Positions 1 through 10,051 of a stretch of 248,000 nucleotides of DNA are shown piece by piece (positions within the stretch are counted from its first letter, which is position 1; each line of letters starts with the position of its first letter). The stretch lies in NCBI RefSeq assembly GCF_000737315.1, contig NZ_JMCB01000002.1:20001-268000 (forward strand). The letters run 5' to 3'. Below the pieces are notes generated by a model, which was not told where the DNA came from, did no database searches, and saw only the letters and a list, made by a program, of their open reading frames with translations. This DNA is from Hyalangium minutum. Its GTDB lineage: Bacteria; Myxococcota; Myxococcia; Myxococcales; Myxococcaceae. The translations under genes and the position numbers were made by a program.

Positions 1-583
1 CCTCGAACTCCTCGGCCTGCTGCGGCGCGGCATCCTGCCCAGGCGCCTGCGCGGGGAGCGGGCGGGGGGGCGTGAGCGCTCTCGGGACGTGGACGGGATC
101 CACTTTCGGGAAGGGCGGCGTGCTCGGATGCGCGGACATGCCCAGGTAGAAGGGCATGCCCGTGTCTCGCACCGCCTGCGCGAAGCTCTCGTCCGTGCTC
201 GGATCCGTGCTGCGCTCGTCCATCACCATGTCGAAGAGCACGGCCTTCGCGCCTCGGTACGCCAGCTCATCCACCACATGGGCCCACAAGTTGCGGGTCC
301 ACGGATAGTTGCCGAAGTTGCGCGCGTAGGTGGGGTTGTTGCGCACTCGCTCCAGGCTCGGCTGATCAATGGCCAGCACGACGATGTCGGAGGACACTCC
401 CTGGCGGTGGGTGAAGCGCGTGAGAGCGCTGTCATAGAGGATGCGCTCCAGGTTGGGCAGCCACAGCAATCCCAGCTTCCAGCTCCCCGCGGCCACGGCC
501 GTGGCCGCCACCGCCATGCCCACCATCAGCGCCAGGTGGTTGCGGAGGCGCAGCCGTAGGATCCTCCCAGCGTCACTCGCCAT
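1..583 (-). CDS. CHASE2 domain-containing membrane protein, N-terminal part (runs off window; likely cyclase or kinase)
   Basis: Manual translation MASDAGRILRL...DIVVLAIDQPSL...YPWTRNLWAHVVDELAYRGAKAVLFD matches CHASE2 motifs; not in ORF track. Confidence 0.75.
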   Translation of the reverse strand, partial: MASDAGRILRLRLRNHLALMVGMAVAATAVAAGSWKLGLLWLPNLERILYDSALTRFTHRQGVSSDIVVLAIDQPSLERVRNNPTYARNFGNYPWTRNLWAHVVDELAYRGAKAVLFDMVMDERSTDPSTDESFAQAVRDTGMPFYLGMSAHPSTPPFPKVDPVHVPRALTPPRPLPAQAPGQDAAPQQAEEFE

Positions 584-673
584 GCTTCATCCCCATGGGC
601 GCGGACTCTATGTCACCTTGTCCGTGCGCAGCAGCCGCCTCGGGTGCATTAGACTGGGGGGGCTGCCAGCGGG

Positions 674-1252
674 GTGGGCTTGGAACTCGAGAAGCAAGGG
701 CGTGAGAAGTTCTCCGGCAACACATTCCTGGCCTATCTCCAGGGCCTGGACGCACTGGGCTTGCGCTCCGTGGTGCGCGCCATGGTGCCGCCGCGCGTGC
801 AGCGGATGATGGACCATCCGCCCGCCCCCACCGCATGGCTGGACACAGACGAGCTGCCGCTCATCTTCAACGCGGTGATGAAGCTCCAGGGCCTGGAGGG
901 CATGCGCAAGCTGGGGTACGCGGCGACGCAGGGCACCACGGCCCGCTTCCTCCAGCCGTTGATTCAGCTGACGCTGTCGAAGCAGGGCCGCCACCCAAGC
1001 GTGCTCTTGTCGCAGCTGTCCTCCATCTTCCGCCCCTTCTTCCAGGGGATCGACTTCCACTACAAGCAGGAGGGACCGCGCTCGGGCGTGCTGCAGATTC
1101 GCTCGGTCACGCCCATGGGCGCTGCGTCCTGGGCCGCCTGGGAGGGCACGCTGCGCATCCTCTACGACGAGTGCGGCGTGAGCACGGGCGTTGTCGGACA
1201 CAGCCAGATCTCCGAGCAGGGCCGCCTGGCGACCCTGAAGGTGCGCTGGTAG
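674..1252 (+). CDS. Myxobacterial hypothetical protein (DUF2378-like)
   Basis: 192-aa ORF; resemblance only. Confidence 0.45.
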   Translation: MGLELEKQGREKFSGNTFLAYLQGLDALGLRSVVRAMVPPRVQRMMDHPPAPTAWLDTDELPLIFNAVMKLQGLEGMRKLGYAATQGTTARFLQPLIQLTLSKQGRHPSVLLSQLSSIFRPFFQGIDFHYKQEGPRSGVLQIRSVTPMGAASWAAWEGTLRILYDECGVSTGVVGHSQISEQGRLATLKVRW

Positions 1253-1375
1253 TCCCAGAGAGCGGGCACCCAGCCGAGCCACCGTCCCAGCCCGTGGAGT
1301 CCCAGCCACGGACTTCAGTCCATTGCCGCGAGCCGAGGCGTGTCGAAGCTTTAGCCGCGACTCATTCACCCCTGT

Positions 1376-2602
1376 GTGAACTCAAAGGAGCGGGACGTGG
1401 CCCTGGATCTCTTCAAGGAGAAGGGGGTGCCGCTGGATCGACAGGTCTTCACCTGGAAGGACCTGGTTCAGCGCACCTATAGCAAGCTGGATGACGACGC
1501 CTTCACCCGCGTCCGTGTCATCCTGATGAATGGCATCGAGGCCGATTCACTGCGCTTCAAGCACATCGCGGCCCGCTTCAGCCGCCAACTGCGCGAGCCG
1601 CTCGCGCTCATCCGCCGCATGGAGCACCACCAGCAGACGATGGTGAACTGGCTCAACCCCGCGGACCAGAACCCGCTGGAGACGACGCTCGGCTTCGAGC
1701 AGGTGGCCATTGAAGTCACCGCCAGTGTGGCCCAGCGCGAGCCGGACCCGTACATGGCGCAGACGTACCGCTTTGGGCTGCTCGAGGACTTTGACCACCT
1801 GTACCGGTATGCCGCCCTGTACGACCGGCTGGAGGGCAAGGATCCGAACTCCCTCATCCAGTCCTACTCGGACATCCGTCCGGGCCGACCCACCGCGGTG
1901 GAGCACCGCCACCCGCTGGATGATCTGCGGCGGCCGTACGACATGCGCACGGCACACCCGCTCACCAAGATTCACGCGCTGCTCATCACCGCGGCCGAGT
2001 TCCAGACGCACGACTACTACATGACCATTGGTCCGATGTTCGCGGACCCCGTGGCCCGCCAGCTCTACGCGGAGATCGCCTCCATCGAGGAGCAGCACGT
2101 CACCCAGTACGGCTCGCTGGTGGATCCGGACGAGTCGCTGCTGGAGAAGTGGATGCTGCACGAGGCCATGGAGCTGTACTGCTACCAGTCGTGCCTGGCC
2201 TACGAGGGCAACCCGCGCGTGAAGGCCATCTGGGAGCGCTTCATGGACTACGAGCTGGGCCACCTCCACTACGTGATGGAGCTGTTCCAGCGGCTCGAGG
2301 GGCGTGATCCCGCTGAGGTGCTGCCGGCCACGCTGCCCGACCCCGTGGAGTTCAAGAGCCACCGCGAGTTCGTGCGCCGCGTGCTGAACCAGGAGGTGGA
2401 TCTGCGCGCCAACGGGCCGGACTTCGTGGACAAGGCGGAGCTGTCGCCGGGACACCGCTCGATTGTCTACCGCGACGCGCTCAACGCCGAGGGCTCGCCG
2501 TCCGAGACGGCCGCCGCGGGCTACCAGTGGACGCCGGGCACCGAGGTGGCGGCGCGCGGACAGCGCCTCGTCACCGGGCCGGAAGGGAGGCTGCAGTCAT
2601 GA
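1376..2602 (+). CDS. Ferritin-like superfamily protein
   Basis: Repeated ExxH motifs (EHHQ, EDFDH, EEQH, ELGH). Confidence 0.6.
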   Translation: MNSKERDVALDLFKEKGVPLDRQVFTWKDLVQRTYSKLDDDAFTRVRVILMNGIEADSLRFKHIAARFSRQLREPLALIRRMEHHQQTMVNWLNPADQNPLETTLGFEQVAIEVTASVAQREPDPYMAQTYRFGLLEDFDHLYRYAALYDRLEGKDPNSLIQSYSDIRPGRPTAVEHRHPLDDLRRPYDMRTAHPLTKIHALLITAAEFQTHDYYMTIGPMFADPVARQLYAEIASIEEQHVTQYGSLVDPDESLLEKWMLHEAMELYCYQSCLAYEGNPRVKAIWERFMDYELGHLHYVMELFQRLEGRDPAEVLPATLPDPVEFKSHREFVRRVLNQEVDLRANGPDFVDKAELSPGHRSIVYRDALNAEGSPSETAAAGYQWTPGTEVAARGQRLVTGPEGRLQS

Positions 2603-3357
2603 AGAAGACGTCCAGTGATGTGGGGCTCAACCGCACGGGCATCCAGACTTCGCCCATCGACAGCAAGGAGGCCATCGAAGGCGCGAAGGCGGGCATCCCT
2701 AGCTCCATGGGCACCGAGGCTGGCATCCTCGAGGTGCGTGCCATCTACGCCCGGGAGAGCGACGGCTTGGGCACGGTCCCCGTGCCGGCCACCCTCAAGG
2801 GCATGTTCACCACGGCCAAGGAGCTGCTGAAGGGCAACAAGCCCACGGTGTTCATCGACAAGCTGGGCGAGCGGCTCAGCTTCGAGCGCACGGGCGTGAG
2901 GCTCTACGAGGCGGCCCTGGGCAAGTTCGACATCCACGGCACGTGGGCGGGTGGGCCCTCGCGGGAACAGCTGGAGAAGATCCTCAGCGATGAGCTGTCT
3001 CACTTCGTCCTCATCCGCGAGGCCATCGAGAGGCTGGGCGCGGATCCGACGGCGCTCACGCCCTCGGCGGATCTGGTGGCGGTGGCGTCCATGGGGATTC
3101 CGCAGGTGCTGCAGGATCCGCGCACCAACCTCATTCAGTGCCTGGAGGCGCTGATGGTGGCGGAGCTGACGGACAACTCGGGCTGGGAGCTGCTCATCGA
3201 GCTGGCCGAGGGCTTGGGGCAGACCGAGCTCGTCGAGCAGTTCGAGGCCGCGCTGGGCGTGGAGGCCGAGCACCTCCAGTTGGTGCGCCGGTGGCTCATC
3301 GCCGGGGTGACGGGCGAGGCCGGTGTCCGCGAGGAGGCGGGCATCCCCGCGATGTAG
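2599..3357 (+). CDS. Ferritin-like domain protein
   Basis: FERTGVRLYE, DELSH, EAEH; ATG overlaps upstream stop. Confidence 0.7.
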   Translation: MKKTSSDVGLNRTGIQTSPIDSKEAIEGAKAGIPSSMGTEAGILEVRAIYARESDGLGTVPVPATLKGMFTTAKELLKGNKPTVFIDKLGERLSFERTGVRLYEAALGKFDIHGTWAGGPSREQLEKILSDELSHFVLIREAIERLGADPTALTPSADLVAVASMGIPQVLQDPRTNLIQCLEALMVAELTDNSGWELLIELAEGLGQTELVEQFEAALGVEAEHLQLVRRWLIAGVTGEAGVREEAGIPAM

Positions 3358-3372
3358 TGCCCATCTTCAGGG

Positions 3373-3409
3373 GGGAGAGCGGTGGAGGGTCCGCTCTCCC
3401 TTTCTTTTT
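3373..3409 (+). terminator. Rho-independent terminator
   Basis: gggagagcgg/ccgctctccc stem followed by T tract. Confidence 0.75.
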
Positions 3410-3424
3410 GCCTGGAGGAACAGC

Positions 3425-3937
3425 ATGCAGCCGAGCCCAGCGTTGAAGAGCCCGTCGTTGAGAGCGGAGTCCGCCGCAGCACTCGGTGTCTTTGGTGCCC
3501 TGACTGCGGGGGCAGGCGCTCTGGGGGCGCTCGTGACGGACCATGGGACCCAGCTCTGGTACCGGCGGCTGCGCAAGCCTCCGTTCCAGCCGCCCAGCGC
3601 CGTGTTCGGACCGGTGTGGACGGTGCTGTACGGCCTCATGGCCGTGTCTGCCTGGCGGGTGTGGAACCGGCCGGCCGGGCCTGCTCGCTCGCGGGCTCTG
3701 GGGCTGTGGGCGCTCCAGCTTGGCTTCAATGCCGCGTGGAGCTGGCTCTTCTTCGGGAAGCGCCTCAAGCGGACTGCGCTCGCGGACATCGGCGCGCTCG
3801 GAGCCAGCATCGCGGCCTATATCGCGGCGGCCCGGAAGGTGGACAAGCCGGCCGCGGCCCTGGTGGCGCCGTACCTGGGATGGGTGTGCTTCGCTGGCCT
3901 CCTCAATGAGGAGCTTGTCCGCAGGAACCCGTCTTGA
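3425..3937 (+). CDS. tspO: TspO/MBR tryptophan-rich sensory protein
   Basis: WYRRLRKPPFQPP..FGPVWTVLY, NAAWSWLFF, PYLGWV. Confidence 0.9.
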   Translation: MQPSPALKSPSLRAESAAALGVFGALTAGAGALGALVTDHGTQLWYRRLRKPPFQPPSAVFGPVWTVLYGLMAVSAWRVWNRPAGPARSRALGLWALQLGFNAAWSWLFFGKRLKRTALADIGALGASIAAYIAAARKVDKPAAALVAPYLGWVCFAGLLNEELVRRNPS

Positions 3938-3994
3938 TGCGCACCTGGACGTCCGGGGGAGCAGGGAGGCACCCCCCGGGCGTTGGGTCAGCTG

Positions 3995-4276
3995 CTAGAA
4001 ACACTCAGTGCTGTACTGCGAGTACGTGCTCGTCCTGCCCCACACGGACCATGAGCCGCAGTAGCAACCCCTGCCGCCGATCTGCGTGGAGTACGTCGCG
4101 TCGCTGAAATACGCCGTGTAGTAAGTCTCCCCCGCACAGTCCGGAATGGCATCTTCGCGGGTCTGCAGGTTGGACGGCGACGGCTCCTGCGTGGCCTCGT
4201 CGGCAACGCTACCGCCACAGCCCACCATCAGACCCATCACCAGCGACAGACTCGCAGCCCACATCGCGTTCTTCAT
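3995..4276 (-). CDS. Small Cys-containing lipoprotein (DUF6289-like)
   Basis: Lipobox MVGC; YFSDATYSTQIGGRGCYCG. Confidence 0.6.
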   Translation of the reverse strand: MKNAMWAASLSLVMGLMVGCGGSVADEATQEPSPSNLQTREDAIPDCAGETYYTAYFSDATYSTQIGGRGCYCGSWSVWGRTSTYSQYSTECF

Positions 4277-4445
4277 GTGACCCTCCCGTACAGAAAGTGA
4301 AGGGCTGAACGTTAAGCCCGGGATTTCGGGAGGCTCAAGAAAAGTCGCAGCCGCCTTGCACGGGACGTGTGGGCCGTCCCGCCTCAACGAAAACTTTCAG
4401 AAAGTCCTTCGGGAAGATCTGCGCGGCCCGCCGTTCCAGAGGGGA

Positions 4446-5099
4446 ATGAACGCGGTTGCCCTACACAACATTGGCTTGCTCGCTGCTCCTCGGGTTGGTC
4501 GGTACTTGACTGTGCGTGACTGGGCTGCGAAGGCTGCCACCTTCGTGGATTCCCGGTCTCTCTCAGAGCCCACCGTTGATAGCCGGTGGTTCGCCGCGTT
4601 CATCCGGGAGCACGAGTCCGTCCTCCAGGCCACTGCGCTGCGCTTGTGCGGCAACCCCACGGATGCCCGGGATTTGGTCCAGGACACTCTGGAGCGTGGG
4701 CTGAAGAACCTGTCCCGCTACAAGCCGGGCACGGATGGGCGCGCATGGCTGCTCACCATCCTCCACCACATCTTCATCGACCGGTGCCGCTCGCGCACCC
4801 GGGAGCGCCGCGCGGATGTGTCCGCCGAGGATGTGGAGGAGAAGGTCGCCGCCCCCGAGCCCGACGCCCAGCCCGCCTGGGCCGCCATCAGCCCCGAGCA
4901 GCTGCGCGAGGCCCTGGACAAGATTCCCGAGGAGTTCCGCCTCGTCTACCAGCTGCACTCGCTGGAGGGGCGCTCCTATATCGAGATCGCGGAGCGGCTT
5001 GGCATCCCCAAGGCCACCGTGGGCACGCGGCTCATCCGCGCGCGCCGCCGCCTGAAGGAGTTGCTGATGCCCACTGTGACCGGAGGCGCCGAGGCATGA
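4446..5099 (+). CDS. ECF RNA polymerase sigma factor
   Basis: DARDLVQDT, WLLTI, region 4 SYIEIAERLGIPKATVGTR. Confidence 0.9.
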   Translation: MNAVALHNIGLLAAPRVGRYLTVRDWAAKAATFVDSRSLSEPTVDSRWFAAFIREHESVLQATALRLCGNPTDARDLVQDTLERGLKNLSRYKPGTDGRAWLLTILHHIFIDRCRSRTRERRADVSAEDVEEKVAAPEPDAQPAWAAISPEQLREALDKIPEEFRLVYQLHSLEGRSYIEIAERLGIPKATVGTRLIRARRRLKELLMPTVTGGAEA

Positions 5100-6859
5100 G
5101 CGGCATGGGCGACATGGGCGAGGACATCCATGACCTCGTGCACGCGTTCGCGGACGGGGAGCTGGAGCCCTCAGAGGCCGAGGCCTTCCGCGAGCACCTC
5201 GGCACCTGCGAGCAGTGCCAGGCCGAGCTGGATGACATTCTCCAACTCCAGGCGCTGAGCGGGCGGCTGGCCTCGATGGAGGCGAAGCAGGCTCCGGCTC
5301 CCGAGACGGTGGCGCCTCCTGTGGAGAGGGCCCGGCCTGTCGAGGCGGCGCGGAAGACCGAGGAGGCGGCGGCTTCTTCTCGCGCCTTCCGCCCCGCGTG
5401 GAGCCGCCGCCGGCGCGTGGGCCTGAGCGTGGTGCTGGGTGGTGCGCTGGCCGCAGCCTTTGCCCTGGCCGTGCTGCGGACGCCGGGCCTGGAGGGTGGG
5501 AACACTCCCGAGACGCTCGCGCTGGCCCCCACCCGCTCCACCGAGGCGCGGCTGAGCTACGGCGGTGCCAGTGGCTGGCGGCCCTACGGCGTGAAGCGCT
5601 CCGGCAACGAGCGCCCCGTGGAGCGCGTGCCGCTGGAGACGCAGGCGAAGCTGGAGAAGAAGAGCGACCTGCACGGCCTGGCCACCACCTTCCTGCTGCA
5701 GGGCGAGAAGGATCAGGCCGCCGAGTACCTCGGCAAGCTCTCCTCCTCGCCGGACGTGGACAGCGATCGCGCGGTGGTGGCGCTGTCGAAGGGCGCGCTG
5801 GAGGAGGCGCTCAGCCTGCTGGAGGGCGTGCTCGAGAAGGCGCCGAACCACGCTCCCGCGCTGTGGAACCGTGGCCTGGTGCTGCGTGAGCTGGGGTTGG
5901 ATCTGCTGGCCGCCGAGAGCTTCGGCAAGGTGGCTGCGCTCAACGAGCCCGGCTGGAGTGACGAGGCCCGCGAGCGCAAGGCGCAGCTGGAGCGTCAGGG
6001 CCAGGAGCGCCACAACCGCTGGAAGGCCGTGTGGGACGCCGGCAATCGCATGGTGGCCGATGGCACGCTGCTGACGGACAGCCAGGTGCGTGACGCTCCG
6101 CCCATGGCGCGCCGCTCCCTGTACCTGGCCGCCTGGACCGCTCCCACCGCTGAGCGGGTGCTCGCGCTGCGGCCCGTGGCCCAGGCACTCGATGCGCACT
6201 ACGGCGGCAGGGTGCTGGAGACCTACCTGGAGCGCACCGCGAAGCGGGACTTCGCCACGCGCGCCCCGCTGGCCGCCACCTTCTCCCAGGGGCTCGAGGG
6301 CAAGCTGGACGCCACCGCGGGGGAGGCCTTCATCCGCCAGCTCCAGGCCTCGGGCGAGCAGGACATCCTCCTGGGCGCGCTCTCACTGCTCGGCATGCTC
6401 CCGGCGCGGGTGGACCTGTATGAGGCGGCCGCGCGCTCGCTGGGAGACCCCTGGTTCCTGATGAGCGCCCAGCTCCAGCGGGCCCAGGCGCAGCTCGCTG
6501 CCCGTGAGCTCGGGCAGGCGGAGGCCACGCTGCGCACCGCGCTCCCCGAGTGCGAGCAGCAGCACCTCGACTCCCGCTGCGCCGAGCTGGAGCAGATGCT
6601 CGTGGAGCTCTACACGCTGGATCACCGTCTGTCCGAGGCCGGTGAGCTGGCCCGCAAGGGGCTCACCCGCGCCCAGCAGATGAACGAGGCGGGCCTGGAG
6701 GTCCGATTCCTACAGAACCTCGAGCAGATCGCCCGCTTCCAGAAGGGCTTAGCCCTGGCGCGCGCGTACCTCCAGGAGTCCGCCCTGCGCGAGCCGGACT
6801 CCTGCCCCACGCAGATCCACGTGCACGCCTGTCGCTGTTGGCCGTTGTGTGTGCCGTGA
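5096..6859 (+). CDS. zf-HC2 anti-sigma/TPR protein, possibly C-terminally truncated
   Basis: HLGTCEQC zinc site; TM segment; TPR-like WNRGL; abrupt atypical C-terminus. Confidence 0.65.
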   Translation: MSGMGDMGEDIHDLVHAFADGELEPSEAEAFREHLGTCEQCQAELDDILQLQALSGRLASMEAKQAPAPETVAPPVERARPVEAARKTEEAAASSRAFRPAWSRRRRVGLSVVLGGALAAAFALAVLRTPGLEGGNTPETLALAPTRSTEARLSYGGASGWRPYGVKRSGNERPVERVPLETQAKLEKKSDLHGLATTFLLQGEKDQAAEYLGKLSSSPDVDSDRAVVALSKGALEEALSLLEGVLEKAPNHAPALWNRGLVLRELGLDLLAAESFGKVAALNEPGWSDEARERKAQLERQGQERHNRWKAVWDAGNRMVADGTLLTDSQVRDAPPMARRSLYLAAWTAPTAERVLALRPVAQALDAHYGGRVLETYLERTAKRDFATRAPLAATFSQGLEGKLDATAGEAFIRQLQASGEQDILLGALSLLGMLPARVDLYEAAARSLGDPWFLMSAQLQRAQAQLAARELGQAEATLRTALPECEQQHLDSRCAELEQMLVELYTLDHRLSEAGELARKGLTRAQQMNEAGLEVRFLQNLEQIARFQKGLALARAYLQESALREPDSCPTQIHVHACRCWPLCVP

Positions 6860-6871
6860 GCTCCGGAGCGC

Positions 6872-7096
6872 TCAGTTTCGGAAGCGCGTGGGCTTCAGCG
6901 GGTTGAGCGCGAGCATGACGGCGAAGTAGCGGGCCTGCACCTCGTTGGTGCAGTGCACTTCCTGAATGCGGCCGCCCATCTTCACTCGAATGAGCCAGCC
7001 ATCCTTCTCGCGAGTCAGCGTGGGGGTTTCGGTCGTCATTGGGTCCATTCCTGGGTGTTGAGCCAGCCTCCCACCTTTCTCATTAGCAGCCTGCAT
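6872..7096 (-). CDS. Small hypothetical protein (QARYFA motif)
   Basis: Similar motif in 233738..233971. Confidence 0.5.
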   Translation of the reverse strand: MQAANEKGGRLAQHPGMDPMTTETPTLTREKDGWLIRVKMGGRIQEVHCTNEVQARYFAVMLALNPLKPTRFRN

Positions 7097-7195
7097 GCCA
7101 GTCTCCGGAGCGTGGGATTGCGGGCGTTTGGCCGCCCCTGGCGAACACCGGTGGACAGGGGAGCTGTCATTCTTGCAGACCCGTCTGCAAGAACT

Positions 7196-8773
7196 TCAGT
7201 GCACGGTGTGACTCGACGCTTGCTCGGGCTGCGCCTGCGCCGAGGGCAGTGTCGGAAGGGCGACATAAAATGTGGAGCCGCGGTCCACCTCGCTCTCCAC
7301 CCAGATGCGGCCTCCGTGGCGCGCGACGATGTCGCGGCAGATGTAGAGCCCCAGCCCGAGGCCTCCATAGGAGCGAGGGGACACATTGCGCGCGCGGAAG
7401 TAGCGCTCGAAGAGGTGCTCCTGCTGATCAGCGGGGATGCCGATGCCCGGGTCGCTCACGGACAGCAGGGCTGTGTCGCCGCGCGGCTCGAGCGAGACGT
7501 GGATGGTGCCGCCGTCCGGGCTGTACTTGAGCGCGTTCTCCAGGAGGTTGGCGATCACCTGCTCGAGCCGGTAGGGGTCTCCCAGCACCTGGAGCGGCGT
7601 GGCGGGCGCGTGGAAGAGGATGCGGTGCCCGGCTTCGTAGAGGCCCTCGGTGACGTGGATGACGTGCTCGGTGAGCAGGTCCAGGCGGGTGGGCTGAGGT
7701 TGGAGCGCGAGCCCGCCGGACTCGATGCGCGAGGCGTCCAGCAAGTCATTGATGAGCGAGGTGAGGCGCAGCAGGTGCTGGCGCGCGTGGCGCAGGGAGG
7801 AGGGGTCCACGGGCTCGCCGCGCTCCAGGCGGCGCTCGAGGTTGGCCAGGCGCAGGGAGAGCGGGGTGAGGGGCGTCTTCAGCTCGTGCGAGGCGATGGT
7901 GAGGAAGTCCTCGCGCACGCGCACGGCCTCCTGGGCCTCGCGGAAGAGGCGAGCGTGCTCCCGCTCCACCTTCTTGCGCTCGGTGATGTCCTCGACGATG
8001 CCCACGCCTCCAGCCACCTGGCCGCTACCGTCGTGGCAGGGGGCGAAGTGGATGCGCACGGGCGTCACCTTGGAAGCGGTGACGGAGGCGTAGTCGCCTT
8101 CATAGTGCGAGTGCTTGCCGCTGAGCGTGGCGCTGATGCAATGGGTGATGCGCGGATCCTTCAGGGTCAGCAGGTTGAGCCCGATCAGCAACTGCTTGGA
8201 CGAGCCGGTGATGCGGACGAAGTAGTCATTGCAGGCGGTGATGACGGGCGTCTTGTCGAAGTGGAAGATGCCGAGCGGGGCGTTCTCGACGATGGTCTGG
8301 TAGCGGCGCTCGGCCATGTCGGGCTTGCGCGCGGCGCCGAGGTGGCCGCTTTGCCAGAGCTCGAGGGACACCTCCTGTTGGAGGGGCTCGGGGCTGAAGC
8401 TGGGGGCCTCGGGGGCGCGGCGCAGGGACAGGACAATGCGCTGCTGCCCATGCCGCTGGGCCTGGCCGGTGGTGATCTCCAGCAGCAGCTCTTCGCCGCC
8501 CCGGCGCTTCAAGGGGAGGAGCGTGGAGTGGCCCGGCTGCTGCTGTTGGCGTGCGAGCAGGTAGCGGAGCAGGGAGTTCCCGTCGAGGGTCTGGAGGCGT
8601 GGGGGAACGAGGAGGGAGAAGGGCTGGCCGCGCAGCTCTTCTCCCTTCCATCCGAGCAGCCGCTCTGCGGCGGGGGTGATGTAGAGGATGTGTTCGCGGC
8701 CATCGCACGCCAGCAGGGGATCGGTCAGGGCATCGATCAGGAGCTCGAGCTCATCACCTTCCAGGCAGGACAC
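7196..8773 (-). CDS. PAS sensor histidine kinase (start approximate)
   Basis: Two PAS domains, ASHELKTPL, NALKY, GLGLGL. Confidence 0.9.
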   Translation of the reverse strand: MSCLEGDELELLIDALTDPLLACDGREHILYITPAAERLLGWKGEELRGQPFSLLVPPRLQTLDGNSLLRYLLARQQQQPGHSTLLPLKRRGGEELLLEITTGQAQRHGQQRIVLSLRRAPEAPSFSPEPLQQEVSLELWQSGHLGAARKPDMAERRYQTIVENAPLGIFHFDKTPVITACNDYFVRITGSSKQLLIGLNLLTLKDPRITHCISATLSGKHSHYEGDYASVTASKVTPVRIHFAPCHDGSGQVAGGVGIVEDITERKKVEREHARLFREAQEAVRVREDFLTIASHELKTPLTPLSLRLANLERRLERGEPVDPSSLRHARQHLLRLTSLINDLLDASRIESGGLALQPQPTRLDLLTEHVIHVTEGLYEAGHRILFHAPATPLQVLGDPYRLEQVIANLLENALKYSPDGGTIHVSLEPRGDTALLSVSDPGIGIPADQQEHLFERYFRARNVSPRSYGGLGLGLYICRDIVARHGGRIWVESEVDRGSTFYVALPTLPSAQAQPEQASSHTVH

Positions 8774-8930
8774 CAGCGGGCCTCTCTCCAATCGTCCTGC
8801 TAGAGATAGGCACTTCTGGAGTGAGCGGCTGGGCCTGAGGGAGGACTCCCGGCGCCCGGGCGGGGAAGGGCCCGCTGCTGCGGTATGCTGCGACCGAAGT
8901 GGCAACGCTTTTGGGGCGGCTGAGGCGGCT

Positions 8931-9152
8931 ATGCGCTGGAAGGCAGCGATAATCGGGTGGATGGTCTTCTTCCTGATGGGATGTCCCCACTCGTTCGGAC
9001 GGGGAGGGATCCTGGACCGGGCCGCAGCCAAGGACACGAAAGAGTACCTGGAAGACCTCAACGGCGAGCAGCCCTGTCCATCACCTGAGGAGCTGAGTCA
9101 GCTCTGCGAGGAGCGAGACGATCCGGCATGCCCTCGGGAGTGCTTGCAGTGA
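8931..9152 (+). CDS. Small lipoprotein
   Basis: Lipobox LMGC; Cys-rich tail. Confidence 0.6.
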   Translation: MRWKAAIIGWMVFFLMGCPHSFGRGGILDRAAAKDTKEYLEDLNGEQPCPSPEELSQLCEERDDPACPRECLQ

Positions 9153-10036
9153 AGTGGCGATTCGCGCTGGTCGCGCTCGCGGGTTTGCTGCTGGTGGTCC
9201 CCTGGGTGTTCACCGTTCGCATCATGATGCGAGACGAAGCTGTGAACCGGCTGCCAGGCGGGGCGCCAGTCAGCCCCGTGCTCTCGCAGGAAGACCGGGC
9301 GAGGCTGATGACCTTCCATCGCGACTGCAAGCAGAGTGATGACTGCGACCCCCCGCTGGGCTGCCGGAAGTACTGGAAGCTGCGAAGGTCGATCTGTACG
9401 GACAGCGAGTGCGTGTCTGACCTCCAATGCTCGGAGGGAGAGACGTGTCAGGTGGTGCCTTCCGAGGGGAACGGGCCCCGGCTGCGCCTCTGTGTTCAGC
9501 AGGGCGTGCGGCAGGAGGGGGAGGCGTGTGACCTCTTTCCTGGGAGTAGCCCGCAAGCCTGCGGGCCAGGGCTGCTCTGCCGCGAAGGCCGCTGCGGACG
9601 GGCTTGCCAGCCCTCAGCGCCCGAGAGCTGCCCGCGGGGGTTCTTCTGCTCGGACAGCCCTGAAGGCTCAGTGTGCCTGCCCACGTGCGAGGAGCAGGGC
9701 TGCCCCGAGGGACAGCAGTGCCTCCGGTTCAACCGCGTGGGGGACCGGAGCGTGTCCGCCTGCGTGAGGGTGCGCGGGGTGAATTGTCAGAAGACTTCCT
9801 GCGCCCAAGGGCAGGAGTGCCGGGTGCTCCATGTCCCCGAGCATCCAGAGGAGGCACATGTGTCCTGTGCCATCCCCTGTGGCTCGGGCCGGCCCTCTTG
9901 CCCGGAGGGCCTCATCTGCCCCCGGTTCTTCTGTGTAAAACCTTGTGACCCACGGGCCGAGGGGATGTGTGGCCCGGATGACGAGTGCCGGCAGCTCAGC
10001 TCGAATGATCCTTGGGCCTGCCGGCCCCTTCTGTAG
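9128..10036 (+). CDS. Cysteine-rich exported protein
   Basis: N-terminal TM; many C-x2-D-x2-C-like disulfide repeats. Confidence 0.65.
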   Translation: MPSGVLAVKWRFALVALAGLLLVVPWVFTVRIMMRDEAVNRLPGGAPVSPVLSQEDRARLMTFHRDCKQSDDCDPPLGCRKYWKLRRSICTDSECVSDLQCSEGETCQVVPSEGNGPRLRLCVQQGVRQEGEACDLFPGSSPQACGPGLLCREGRCGRACQPSAPESCPRGFFCSDSPEGSVCLPTCEEQGCPEGQQCLRFNRVGDRSVSACVRVRGVNCQKTSCAQGQECRVLHVPEHPEEAHVSCAIPCGSGRPSCPEGLICPRFFCVKPCDPRAEGMCGPDDECRQLSSNDPWACRPLL

Positions 10037-10051
10037 CGTAGGCTCTGGCCC

